A DNA stretch of 64,000 bases from Toensbergia leucococca (Eukaryota): contig JALDZS010000039.1 of assembly GCA_022813965.1 (NCBI GenBank), forward strand, positions 62,001-126,000, in the 5' to 3' direction. The notes beneath the pieces are model-generated. The model searched no databases. It was not told the DNA's origin and was given only the letters and a program-made list of their open reading frames with translations. The position numbers and the translations under genes are program-made. Below, in pieces: positions 1-11,978 of this stretch (the stretch's first letter is position 1; each line of letters opens with the position of its first letter).

Positions 1-1735
1 GATGACATGGCACAGGAACGGGGGCTTTCCGGGCTTCACGAAAGTCGTGGCTCGAGAAAGACCCTTCCCGTAAAGCGTGCATTTGATCAAATGGTGGTCC
101 AGGGCTAAGGTCAGTCTGTCCAACATTCTGATCTCGCACGAGTCAGATGCAAGCGAGAACCAATGTGCTTAAGAAGTGGTGTCACTGGTGTGGGCATAAC
201 GTGCATTAGGCTGGCTATTTCGGGGTCAGCCCTGTGCGCACGCGGAGTAGGTACCACTTCGGGAATCGGGTTCGCCATGCTCTCTCGCGTGTCTAGTGTC
301 TAGGGAAGGGTTGAAGTGCATGGGTAACAGTACGAATCGTTGGGGCGTTGGCGATTGTGACGCTGAGCTCTCACTCTCAATTCCTGGGCACGCTGGGCAG
401 CTGAGCTGTTTGAGAATCAGCGATCAGGGGCCGCGCACCATTCGGCATTTCTCCAGCCCACGGGACATAAGTGCCGAAGGCGTCCACCGTCTTGCCGTCC
501 CCATGAAACGTTTCCTCGTTTGCCTTTCGCCTGGTGCCTCTGATGGACTAGTACATAGTAGGCTCTTGGCAATTGCGGGAGTGGAACCATGGAACCGTTG
601 GACCGGTGACGAAGGCTGAATTGATGGTGTGTATTGGGACTTGGGACAGCCCTAATCCATAAGCGACATTACACCAAACATTACCTCCCTCCTTCCTCCG
701 TATTCTATTCTACCCCGGTATGGGTCTTCCCGACGCTAAGGTCATGGCTTTTGGGGCCTTCCACCATGTGCCATTTCCGATGCAGTGTAACACTCGCAAT
801 GGCCATTGGGTCATCGTTTGCGAGCTAGAACAAAGGTCGCTGAATGCGCCGATCTCTCAGTCGATATGTTTCAGCTCCCTAAAGCTTGGTCCGACTCGCA
901 TCAGATCCTCATGTGGCTGAAACAATGTACCTACAGCATTCTATTTCCAAACATGTGTGTTCCCTTTAACATGGCATCCGATTGTCTCCCATCGTCAGCT
1001 TATGATGCAGAGACAGACCAATCCAATTTGGTCACATTGTCAATCTGACATATTCTCCCGTCCCGGCAGATGAGCCGTCATTTCTCAATAAAGTCTATTT
1101 GATCCTCGGTTAGGGTAGGTAGACACCAAAGCTGCCATTACCAAGATTAGTCCAACTTTTCCAACAAGCACGTACAATCGACAGGAATAATATTCCTTCC
1201 AGCATGCAGGAACCCAAGCTGACCTTCGGATCCCTGGCTGCTCACTTCTCTAACAAGGATGCCCGATGCAAGGAACAGTGTTGGGGAATGTTAAGTATAT
1301 TGCCATTGTCATGACTGTCGTAGACCCCTGGATGCCAATAACACCGAATCCAGCTCGACTCACCCCAGGCACTTCGTTGAAATCCTCAGTCATCATCGTC
1401 GCTGTTGTAACGCTATCTGAAGAGCAAAACTATACAGCACATGTTGATAGATCCTTGAAAAAGGAACTGATTTTAGAATACCAGAAAAGAACAGTTAACA
1501 TGACGTGGTAAAGTTCAGCAAACAAATTAACAGCAGAGGTACAGATAATCCGACAGACGTCTCCAGTAAAGGCCACATACACCAACGACGCCAAGTGAGA
1601 TGGACCAATTCACGAAAAAAACGAATGAGTGTCCTTTATATATCCAGCCGAAATAGTCCAAATATGTCCCATGCCCCAAATTCCGGTATAAATGCTCATC
1701 TCGCGTAATTCTATCCAATTCAAGTATCATTGTTC

Positions 1736-4056
1736 TCATGTATTTGGTTCGTCCTGCCTCCGCCTCTGGCTGCCTAAGCCTCGCCTTGCGCGAGAAGGTT
1801 GAGGAGGATCATTAGATTGGGACAAGAGAGAAAATGACTCGCCTTGACCTCCTTCTCCTAGGGGCGATATTGGACTAAATACATCATTCCCAGGAGGCAA
1901 TGTCGTCATGGCCCTATTCGCGGGCGAGGGGACGCCAGAGGACTGAGTTGGCGGAGATGGCGCTGATGACTGACTTGGGTGAGAGCGAATGGTGGAAGAT
2001 CGAGACTGAGATGTGATTCCCGAAAATCGATTAAGAGGAGATGGGTTGGCTGTCGATCGATTAAGAGGCGATGGGCCGATCGATCGATTTACAGGAGATT
2101 GATTGGCTGACCGAAATATCGGCGAGGACGCGGCGGAAGATGGGCTTGCAAGCGAAGGCGTGGAGCCTTGCAGCTCCGTAGGCATATCTGCAGGCAGCTC
2201 GACTGGTGCCGTTGCAGCTGACTCGTCGTACATTTCGTGCACAGGTCGCAAGAACCCCTTTTGCCCTGGCAACTCCGGTACGTCTTGACCGTTACCAGTA
2301 AGCTCGACTACGTCTGACCTATCGCCGGGGAATATTGCTTTTTCGTCTATCCAAGTTGGGGGGGTCTCAGGCCCACCGGGGTTCATAGGACCATCGCCAT
2401 TCATTTCAAATCGAGAATGATCCTGATCAGTGTCAAGTTCCGCCTTATTGCCAAGGCCTTGATAATTGGTATCTTCCGTGTCGTTCTCGGTCTTTGTTGC
2501 GTTCGCGGCTGCGCGAGCTTTCTTCCTCTTCTGTAGAACGAGGAAAGTGACTGAGCCACTAGCGAGGAAGACAATGACAAGGGCCACTCCTACGGCAATG
2601 CCTATTATTTCACCATGGTTTGATGAAGACGGTTTGACAGGGCCTGACGTGGTTCCATTGGATGAGGCGTTTACGGATTGAATAGCAACAATCTGCTCTG
2701 CCGCATTCTCATTGAACACACACTGAGACAACGAGAAATTATTGCGTTCCCAGTCGACGATGAGATACCTGATCATTGAATGAGAACGAACTTTGAAGTT
2801 GGAAAAACACGATGACTTACGTTTCCTGTAAGAAAGTTCTTCCCAAGGTATACTGTGTATCATTTGCTGCTCTTCGTAAGGGAAAATATCTTGTGGCATT
2901 CGGAACAAAGGGGGAGGTTGCGGACAAGTCAAAGCTGTCGTACGGCAGGGTCAAATTGATGGTCTGGCCGCCCGTTTCCGTGTTGCCAAGCCCGAATGTT
3001 ATGCTAGTATTTTGTGCGACGAGTGAATCATGTAGGGTATCGTTGACAAGATACAGCTCAGTAGCATCGTCGTATGTCAATCCAAATACCTTCTCGAAGG
3101 CTTGACAAGCCTCCAGGGGCAACCAGATCTGAGATACTGTGGAGTCCACATAGGCCAATATACCAGAAGGCAGTAAACTATTGCTTGTCCCATCCTGGTT
3201 TACGGAAATTATAGATTGTATTCCAACGACAATATCGCGAGAATTGTCGGGAGCGAATGTGAAAGATAGCGAATTAGAAGTAAAGCGTGATTGGTCATAT
3301 CCACCGAGTGTCAAACTACCAAGTACCTTCTTCAAACCTACACCAAGAAGATTAGAAATGGATAGATATCATGCAAAGGAATTCAGTACTCACGGTACGG
3401 AGCCCCTGCCGTATATCCAAAACTGAGGCTCGGAATCAAATTCTGATCTTTCAACGAAGTCATATAGCTGGCTTGGCCACTGTCATCATTGGTGAAGTTG
3501 GTGGGCTTAGGATTCACTCCAAACATGCCCAAATAGTAGTTGTCCGTCGCAATACCGCCGATGACCTGGTTTTTCAATGTGGGTCCATTACTTCCCTGTA
3601 TGCCTAAGCCTAGGGTATCATTTCCATATTCGCCGTCACCAGTCACATCAAGATTTCTCTCAATGTCCAACTGATAGTATCCTTGCTGGCTCCATGTCGA
3701 AGAGGCGTTGGGTGAAAAGAGCTGGCCACGCGCATCCGGACATGGAGTATCACCTGTTGCGCAACCTAGAGGTAGAACGACCCAGGTTTCCTCGGTCGCA
3801 GTAGAAATAAAGACGCGGACATCTTGAGCTGGGGTACCGACTCGAATGGTAAATGACGACCAAGAACCATCATCGCCATCCCTATGTTTCAAGATTAGGA
3901 TCTCTTTGTAGATCTTAGCTTCGTTGATACATACCAATTTTGCGACGGGGCAAACGAGACGGGCGCAGGCACGACAGTCTCGTTCTGTTGAGCTTCCACT
4001 AGCCATAAGCACTGAATTACGAAGGCCAGAATGGCGGTAAGCCGAGTTGAACGCAT
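1736..4056 (-). CDS. Type I membrane pepsin-like (peptidase A1 fold) protein, probably catalytically inactive; 4 exons, ~719 aa
   Basis: ATG at 4056 gives signal peptide MRSTRLTAILAFVIQCLWLVEA. GT-AG introns at 3882-3934, 3338-3393 and 2769-2820 join three ORF-track pieces in frame. A1-type motifs are present (WDGDDGSWSSFTIRVGTPAQ, GSLTLGGYD, YTLGRTFLQETYLIVDWERNNFSLSQ), followed by a TM helix IIGIAVGVALVIVFLASGSVTFLVL-QKRKK and a Ser/Pro-rich tail. Confidence 0.88.
2026..2113. repeat. Three degenerate ~30-nt tandem units encoding RSxxxSP(L/V)N repeats in the cytoplasmic tail
   Basis: cgattaagaggagatggg / cgattaagaggcgatggg / cgatttacaggagattga; the protein reads RSANQSPVNRSIGPSPLNRSTANPSPLNR. 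Confidence 0.7.
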
Positions 4057-5072
4057 GACGAGAAGCGAAGGTGTAGAGAGGTGGGGCGGATAGAGGAAGG
4101 GACGAATGCGTCGGAGTCGCAGAATGTATTCTATGGATGTTACCAGCGCAAGAGCATACTGGGATTATTCATGTAAGAGTCGATGAGCGACAGCGAGGTA
4201 AGCTGAAGAATGGGAGAGAGGAAGCATTTGACAATCGTCTTCTTCCTTCCTCCTTCTCCATCTATGATTCCTAAGCCCCGCGGCGTGTGCAGTAAGCCGG
4301 GCATGATTTGTCGAAATAGCCATCACAGCCAATTAGATGCTGCTTAGAGCAGACTATCCCCAATTGAATTGGTTTTTCTGCATTAACGGTGCCAACGCTA
4401 ATTCCTTGGTGGGGACGATGGCATCGAGGTATTTTTACATCCCCGCACCAGTGACACTATTCCAGAAGACAAACAACATCCAACTGCAATCCCCTAATCA
4501 AAATTTCAAAAATCAGTTTAGTTTCTACGCATAGTCAAAGCAGCATGAAGGACTCTATTGTATTGTACTATTTACTAGATCGCTTGGTCTAAAAATATCT
4601 CCCGCTCCATGGTGACTTCGTGGTGGATGTCCGAAGTAGCTATTATGGGTATCCTTCAAATTGATCCAAAGAGATGACACTGGAAGACAGCGACGTACAA
4701 TCTAGAGAAGGAGGTATTGCAGCTCCAAAGCATATTCTGATAATAACATCACCGGAGATTACTCCAGGACGAATAGTTGGCACACTACCGCGCTGCGCCG
4801 CCTTTCAATCAATGAACCTACCAATGCAAATCGAGGCCATGCAGTGCCCAACAATAAATCGTGTGAGATCAGTCGCCAACAACCAGAAAAGGTCGTCTCC
4901 TCGGCTCTCGCTCAGGTCGTGTCTTTCAAGCTTTGGTCGAGCGACAAGACTTCATCAGTAACGAGAGCAATTCAACCTTGAGGCACAGTCTCATCAAATA
5001 TACCCTATCTCCTTTAAATATTCGTACCCACAATGTCTTCATCTGCTAGCGAATCTTGTTCTAACACCCGTC

Positions 5073-8029
5073 ATGGTGTCGCTTCTTACTTCCTCTGTTT
5101 TACTGAATTTGCTTCTTCATGCTTTTGCACGACACCATTATGCGGGGGAAATCATTGAAAGAACCAATTTTTGTTGGTCAAACCATCTAAATTCTGCCAC
5201 AAATTCTGATAGAGTACAGCAATTTCTACTACTATAAACTCTCAGCCATCTTACAGTGCCTACACGCAACCTTTGATTACTGCACCTCCCGCATGTTCAT
5301 CAGGCTGCAAGGTGGACGTCAATAACGCTGGAATTGTATGGGCTCAGGATATTACTTATTCTTTCTGTACATTTTGTTTGACCTCTGGGACTATAACGAC
5401 CGTAGTATATATTAATACAACAAGCACCTTAGCTATACTTTCTGAGACAGCAAATCATGTCACTGCAACAAGCACTGGACTTGCGACCCCCGAGACGGCA
5501 AAGTATGCAAATACAACCATCATAGAATCAACTCCTGCTCGGACAGGAGGATCTTTAAGCACAGCAAGTTCTCAAATCCCGACCTTTGGCATTGAGGGTT
5601 ATGGAAGTGCATTGATTACAACTACCGAGGTGTCCACAAGCTTCGCTGTGAAGAACGCCTCTATCACCGTGCCTCTACCGCCTGCAGCCGCTACATCCAT
5701 AATCTTCTACAGTTATACTTTTGCAGAATGTACAACATGCCCCAATTATACTGCGTCCAGTGAGGTCGCCGGTTTTCCTATGTAAGAATGTTAACAACAT
5801 TGATTCTATTTCTCTGATTGACTTGTGTAGGTCTTATCCGACGGCTTACGTGTATTTTACTGATTACACTATTTCTTGTCCCTCCGGATCAACTGTGTAT
5901 ACATTGTCTCAGGCATATGGCTACGAATATCCAGGTGACGCAACAGCAGATTTTGTAGACAAGAATACTTCCAGTGGTCCGTTGCCATCTAGCTTTCTTC
6001 AAGATGAGGAAGGTCCGTCCTGTACCATTGGGACTTATCAGGGGGTCCCCACTCTTGAGGTCCTAATTGGCACATATGAAGATGGAATATACAACCAATC
6101 TCCGCACCCCGAAATTACTGTACCAGACGTGTTCGATGGTCCTGTCGCTTCACCATCTCCTGAAAATCCCGCAACCTTGGACGCAGATAGTCCCGAAAAA
6201 AGCTCTACGAGCAGTCTACATATAGGAGGTGCACATGCAACGACAACCGCATCGCTAGCAGCTTCAAGCGATGCTACGTTGGATGAAGGTGCTCCTGCAA
6301 CCTCATTGGCGGTGCCGACCGATCGTTCTACTGGCAGTCTTAACACTGTGATCCCACAAGCAGCATCTATAGACGCAAATTCGGCACATCCATCTTTTTT
6401 AAGCACAGCTAAAAGTAATCCAATCCCTGAACTTGGGGGTCAATCAGTCGAGAATGGGCAAGGAGCATCGCTGGCGATTCCCAAGACCGCTTCTCCAGCG
6501 ATTGCTCCTATACCAACTCAGGCGGAGGGTCCAGAACCTAACGCCGCCCAGGGGATAGGTAGTTTGGGTAGCGCACCGTCACCGCAAACCATGAGTGTCA
6601 ACTTGATAGTCGCTAGTACAAATATTGCTGGATCCATTGTGACCCAAATAGGTACCTCCATTATCACGTTCCAAGATCCAGCAATTACAGACCCAAATCT
6701 GGAATCCGGCGGAGTCGAGGGTGAATCAGCAGCTGCGCGGATAAGTGCTGTTGTCATTACATCCACGGGCTCAGCAGGATCGACTTTTACGAGCTTCGGA
6801 GTAGCTTCCGCTATCAATCCCGAACAACCACAGTCACATCCACACAGTGTCCTAGTTGCTACAACTTCTTCAACTCTTGCAAGCTCTACTATCACAACCT
6901 TGAGTGCAATCTTTGTATCCCCTATACCTGGCCTTCCATCTGTGCAGCCTCAGAACAATGAGCCTGTCATTAGTACGTCTTCTACTAATGCAGCTGGATC
7001 TGTGGTCCTCATTTCTAGTACCTTTCTGCTCGACTTTCAAACGGCGAGTGTGGCTCATATATGGACAATTACCAACGCCGCCGGCTCTATATTTACAAGT
7101 ACCAGCATATCGGAATTTGTATTCCAAGCTTCCGCAAGCCCGAAAGTCTTAAATTCAGGACCATCAGTGGCTGCTGTCCAAGGCCTCTCTACGGCGGAAA
7201 TTTCAATCCCAATCACTACGATAAATGCGGCTGGATCTGTGTTTACAACATCGAGTATTCCTAAGTTCATCTATGAAACCCTCCCGAGCGGAGGATCTTC
7301 GGAGCCAGGGTTCTCAGAAGGAACACCACAGGGAGCTCTCACCACCGCCATTCTCATGAGCGCCACAACCACGAACTCAGCCGGCTCAGCGTACACAACC
7401 TCATTCATCTCATCCCTTTTGGCAGTCCCAGCAGACCCGCGCCCAAGTACCACCGCGCTGGTAATTCAAATCCTAACCACCAACTCCGCCGGCTCAACAA
7501 TTCTCGACTCAAGAACATCCACCCTTGTCTACGAACCCCTTCCCAGCACAGGCCTCTTCAGTCTCCATCAGGAGCATACACTACCTCCATCATCATCCCC
7601 ATAACCACCACCAACACAGCCGGCTCAACCTACATCTCCTCTTCAACATCGTCCGTTCTCGCCTTATCCACCACCAACGCACCAACCCTACGCCAAATGT
7701 CCATCCTAATCCCCGTCACTACTACCAACGCAGCTGACTTCGCCAACACCACGTCCAGCCTCAACGCAACCGTAACCCCAGGCATCTATACGACCACCAT
7801 CCTCGTCGGCATCACAACAACGAACGCGGCAGGCTCAATCTACACCACCTCAACAATCTCATCATTACGAATCACACCCAACACCACCGCAAGCACGGCG
7901 TCAACGAGCGGGGGAATCGGCATGTTTGTGAATGCGCCTTTCAAGGCGGTTGGGGCGGAGATTCGATTTGATTTTTCGAAAGCGGTGATGGCGATGGCGG
8001 TTGTGGTGATGATGGATGGACTTTTCTAG
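5073..8029 (+). CDS. Ser/Thr-rich secreted, probably GPI-anchored cell-surface (mucin/adhesin-like) protein with a reading-frame break near 7460-7570
   Basis: ATG 5073 gives signal peptide MVSLLTSSVLLNLLLHAFA. Introns at 5173-5219 and 5782-5830 keep the frame. A Cys-containing N-terminal region is followed by ~10 TTNxAGSxxT repeats and a hydrophobic GPI-like C-terminus (FKAVGAEIRFDFSKAVMAMAVVVMMDGLF). The last part lies in a different frame (see findings). Confidence 0.75.
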
Positions 8030-8493
8030 GTCGAGTTGGGTTTTTGGAAAGAGTTGAAAGTGTGAAGTGCTCCGTGGAAATAAAGAATTCTGGTTCTGGG
8101 GATAGGAGGTAATGAACTAGAACCCAATGGGCTTCTTTCACCCGAGGTCGACCAAATACACATGCAAGTCTCGCTGTGAAATAATTACATCAGCCCGATT
8201 AACCAAACCCTCGCAACAACAAGATGACCCAAACTGTGAAAGAATAGGTAGGTATCATTCTTTTGTCTAGCGAACTCTCGGTAAGTAGGTCTAAAGGCTA
8301 AGGAGCCAAGTAAGCAAGCAAGAAAGCAATCAATCAATCGAGCAGCAGCTATTGATGTAACAATCGACAACCCCCCACCGAGAAGAATACAGCAAACCAC
8401 CGAATGCCACCAACCGCAATGCTAATGCTATAATCAAAAGACGCCATCGCTAATCGATTATACGAAGCCTACGATCCGGCGGGGAAAAACGCA

Positions 8494-10922
8494 TCAAATT
8501 CGCAAAGCCTCCATACCCGCTTCAGTAGCATGATGGAACGTATCCCAAGGCGTAAGAGCTCCCAGCGCACGTTTCATATGAGTGTTGACAATGTTCAGTC
8601 CATACACATAGCTGGCATTGACCCAGCCAAATCTTATACCGAAAAGAATACACATTAGCCACAACACATTCGAGGAGATAAGTCAAAAACACATACCCTT
8701 CCCTAGCCACACCCTTGAAATCACTCCCCTGGTTCCCGTATTCGGCGTCGACTTTGTGCGGGTCAATCGGCCGTGTCACATCGTACTTTTCAACCACGAC
8801 ACCATTGAAATCTACAAAGGCCTTGGTGACCATATATAGCCACCTGTATGCTAATCGTTCGGCTTCTTCCTGATAGCCATATCGGAGTAATCCTGTCCAG
8901 GCAAGCATCTGCTGTGGCGCCCACCCATAGGGATAATCCCACTGTCGGTTCGGACGCGTCAGGCTAGTGATACCTCTTGATTCCTCGGTTCCAGACACGA
9001 GGCCGCCGAACGCTTCGAACTTGGGCAAAGCGCGGATAACGAGGGAGGCGGCTTGGCGGGGCGTTGATACGCCAGCCCACATTGCCCAGAAGGTAGTAGC
9101 AGTCTCGTACGTACCTTGCTCTTGCTTCACAGTGTCGTAGTCAAAATACATGCCCTTACTTTCATTCCATAGATATTTGTCGATTGCAAGGCGTCGACGC
9201 TTGACACGCCGATCCCAAGCAGCAGAGGTTTCGCACTGGTTTGGCTTCATGCCAGCTGCACAAAATGCAGCTGGAACTTTGAGTTCATCATTAAAGAAAA
9301 TGTGAATTGTTCGAGCTATATCAACTTCGTATTTGTAAAGAAGCGCGTTCAGGTCAATAGTTGCCAAGTTTGCAGCAACATTCTCCAACCGATAGGATGT
9401 GTCGTGGCCGGACTCGCGAACGGCGCGGTCATGCAGGAAGTAAATATCCAGATCAGGTTCCTTGACTGCTCCATGATTGTAGGCGCGCACAAAATCGGCA
9501 AAACTCATATTGTGCTTTACAGCGTAAGGTTCCAGGATATGGGTGAAGTGAGTAGACTCTGTTTCTGGAGGTACACCAACACCTTCAGGCCTATACCTGG
9601 AAAGTCCTGTGACGGGATCCAACCTCGGTGCTACCATCCATACACTGTAGTATTCTTTGATAGCCGCTAATATCGCGGTACGGAGGAAGTCCAAAGACTC
9701 TGGTTCAGTCTTTATTCTTTCGTAAACTCGCAAAGCCATGTCCGTCAGAAATGGGGGTTGAGATCGCCCTAGATAGTATGAGCGATTGGCATTAAGAATT
9801 TTACCATAATGCTGTATGCAAAAGCAAAAGTTCTGGACCATAGATTTTGCTAGGTCAACTCGATCATTGATGAGGAGACCTAATGACACCATATAACTGT
9901 CCCATCCATAAAGCTCATTGAATCTTCCTCCGGGGACCACAAATGGTAGACCTTGCAGTTCCTTTATGCCAGTCTTTGGATTAATGTGCTCTTCCATCGC
10001 TACAGCCAAAAGGCCCGGCTTATCGTTGAGATCTCTCACGTACTCGGGCGTAATTCTACCCTCTGGTAGAATTTGAACGTCCAGCCGTATCTCTGGCCGC
10101 TCCTTTGAGAGCCTCGTATAATACTCAAGTTGCTCTGGTGCACCTGGTGGAACATATATCCTTGGTCGGGGATCATCAGTCCAGTCCTTAGGATCCACTC
10201 CGACTTTCTCAATCACCGAGGCATCAATCCGTCGAGTGAGCCCATCCCAGAATGAATTCTTTACCAGACGAGCAAGGCGTTTGACAGGGTTCTCGTTCAA
10301 TCGAGACTCATCTAATAGAATGTGTTTTCGGCCGTATCCTTGGGCCAGTGTAAGCTCCTGGAGCAAGTTGGAGAGCATATAGGTGCCGCGAACATTAGCG
10401 CGGTTGAAGCCATCCGAGGCAGCTGTCCCCAAAGATAAGACCTGACAACGTTTGCACTAACTCCCTTCATCGTTGAAAGCTGTATCATACCTTCGGACCG
10501 TTGTCATCTATTGTAATCTGCATATTTTGGTCCGTATCTTCTCTAGCTAAAAGAGCCCTCAGGGTCGACTCGACGGGGACGACGAATTTCCGGGGCTGCC
10601 TTGCTGCATCGTCTGTATTCCACGGAAGTAAGCACAAGCGTAGCGGAAAAGGCTTAGAGCAACGTCAGGAATAGACTAACCCTGGCTCGCTCTTCGAGAA
10701 AGAGGATTGCCATTATCACTGTTGTCGCTTAGGCTGTGGTGCTCAGAGTCTAGAAACTGTCAATAGAAGCAAGATTAGCAATGAATTTGACCAAGCTAGA
10801 AGCAAAAGATACGGCACCGAAGATAATGCTCGAGGTTTCGCCTTTCGTTCTCCATCGGGACCGTAGTAGATATGGGCTGCGGTGAAGGGGTCATGGTCAT
10901 CATGCTTCAATGACGAGCTCAT
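8494..10922 (-). CDS. NTH1: Neutral (regulatory) trehalase, GH37; 5 exons, ~728 aa
   Basis: Introns at 10757-10817, 10613-10680, 10442-10490 and 8633-8696. Motifs: RRAS PKA-type site, Ca-binding [69 protein letters not shown]. Confidence 0.96.
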
Positions 10923-11493
10923 ACTAGGGCGACAGACGCTCCTAGTAGAACACAGCAAGATGTCACACGAACAATACTTTTAAGGTGCAAGTGGTCCGTC
11001 AAAGCAAAGAGGTCGCTGGCAAAGGAATGCAACACTGAGGTCAAAAGGAGTGTGGGCAAGGAGAAAGATCAAAGATAACTAATAAAGAGGTGTGATGAGT
11101 GCAAGTTGGTAGAGAGGTGTTGTTTTTTTTTGAGACGGGGGGACGGTCCTTGCCGCATTTTGCAAACAAAGACAACCAAGCCAATTTATTAACTTTATTT
11201 CCACGGCAGCAACACACTACCTACACGAGTACGTGCTCACTCAATGGCCAGTTGGAACCAAGAAGGATAAGGAGTCTGAGTGGTTAGTCAATGGTCGCTG
11301 GCCTAGCTCTGATTACACTAAATGCTGAATCTTTCTAAAGCTCATGCATGACGTTACTCGCTTCTCCCATTCATTGGATAATCACCACGTACAACCACCT
11401 TCAGTTCATCAACTTGTCTCATGACCTGCCGGCCCCTTGGCCTGCAGAGTTCTTGGCTGTGAAAAGATACGATCCCTGTCATTCTTGACGCCT

Positions 11494-11978
11494 TTATGTT
11501 GTGCTTGATTTGTTGGCTGCTTCAGCTGCAGTACGTCGAGTCTCCATGCTGAGCCTTCTGGCCACATCTTGTCGGGTTGAAATCATGCTAGGGTCACCGG
11601 CTTGCAGGCCCATATGTTCCATTTCCTGGCGAGCGTACAAATTGTTCGCATCTTCTACGCCATTGACTGTCAGAAATCGCTCCAGTGGCCCTTCATGACA
11701 AGGTCGAGCGAGTATGTTCAATGATCTCTGAACCCCTCCACTCAGTCCGCTCATGCCATCATGGTGGTCGGATCGAGATGCTTCCTGCTGGTGCTGAGTA
11801 TGAAGTGCCTCAGCAACCGCAATGTGCCGTACATAAGAAGTTTGAGGCGGCTTCGGCTCTATCAGCACAGGGTAGCTCGAAGACGAAGATATCTTACTAC
11901 ATGGCCACGGTTGCTTACTGCCTGGCTATTTTGGGTGTCCTGTCCACCATTTCCTGGCTGACCATTTGCGTTCGCCAT
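11494..11978 (-). CDS. Small hypothetical protein (~138 aa, 2 exons)
   Basis: ATG 11978 (MANANGQPGNGGQDTQNSQA) and a predicted intron at 11851-11918 (GTAAGC...GCTGAT...AAG) join in frame to ORF 11494-11850 (PPQTSYVRHIAVAEALH...HEGPLERFL...). I recognise no domain. Confidence 0.5.

Noticed and set aside
1527..1739. 70-aa ORF whose ATG overlaps the stop of the pepsin-like gene (ATGA), resembling translational coupling
   Set aside because: It lies in the expected 3'UTR of a eukaryotic gene and has no recognisable motif; chance is sufficient.
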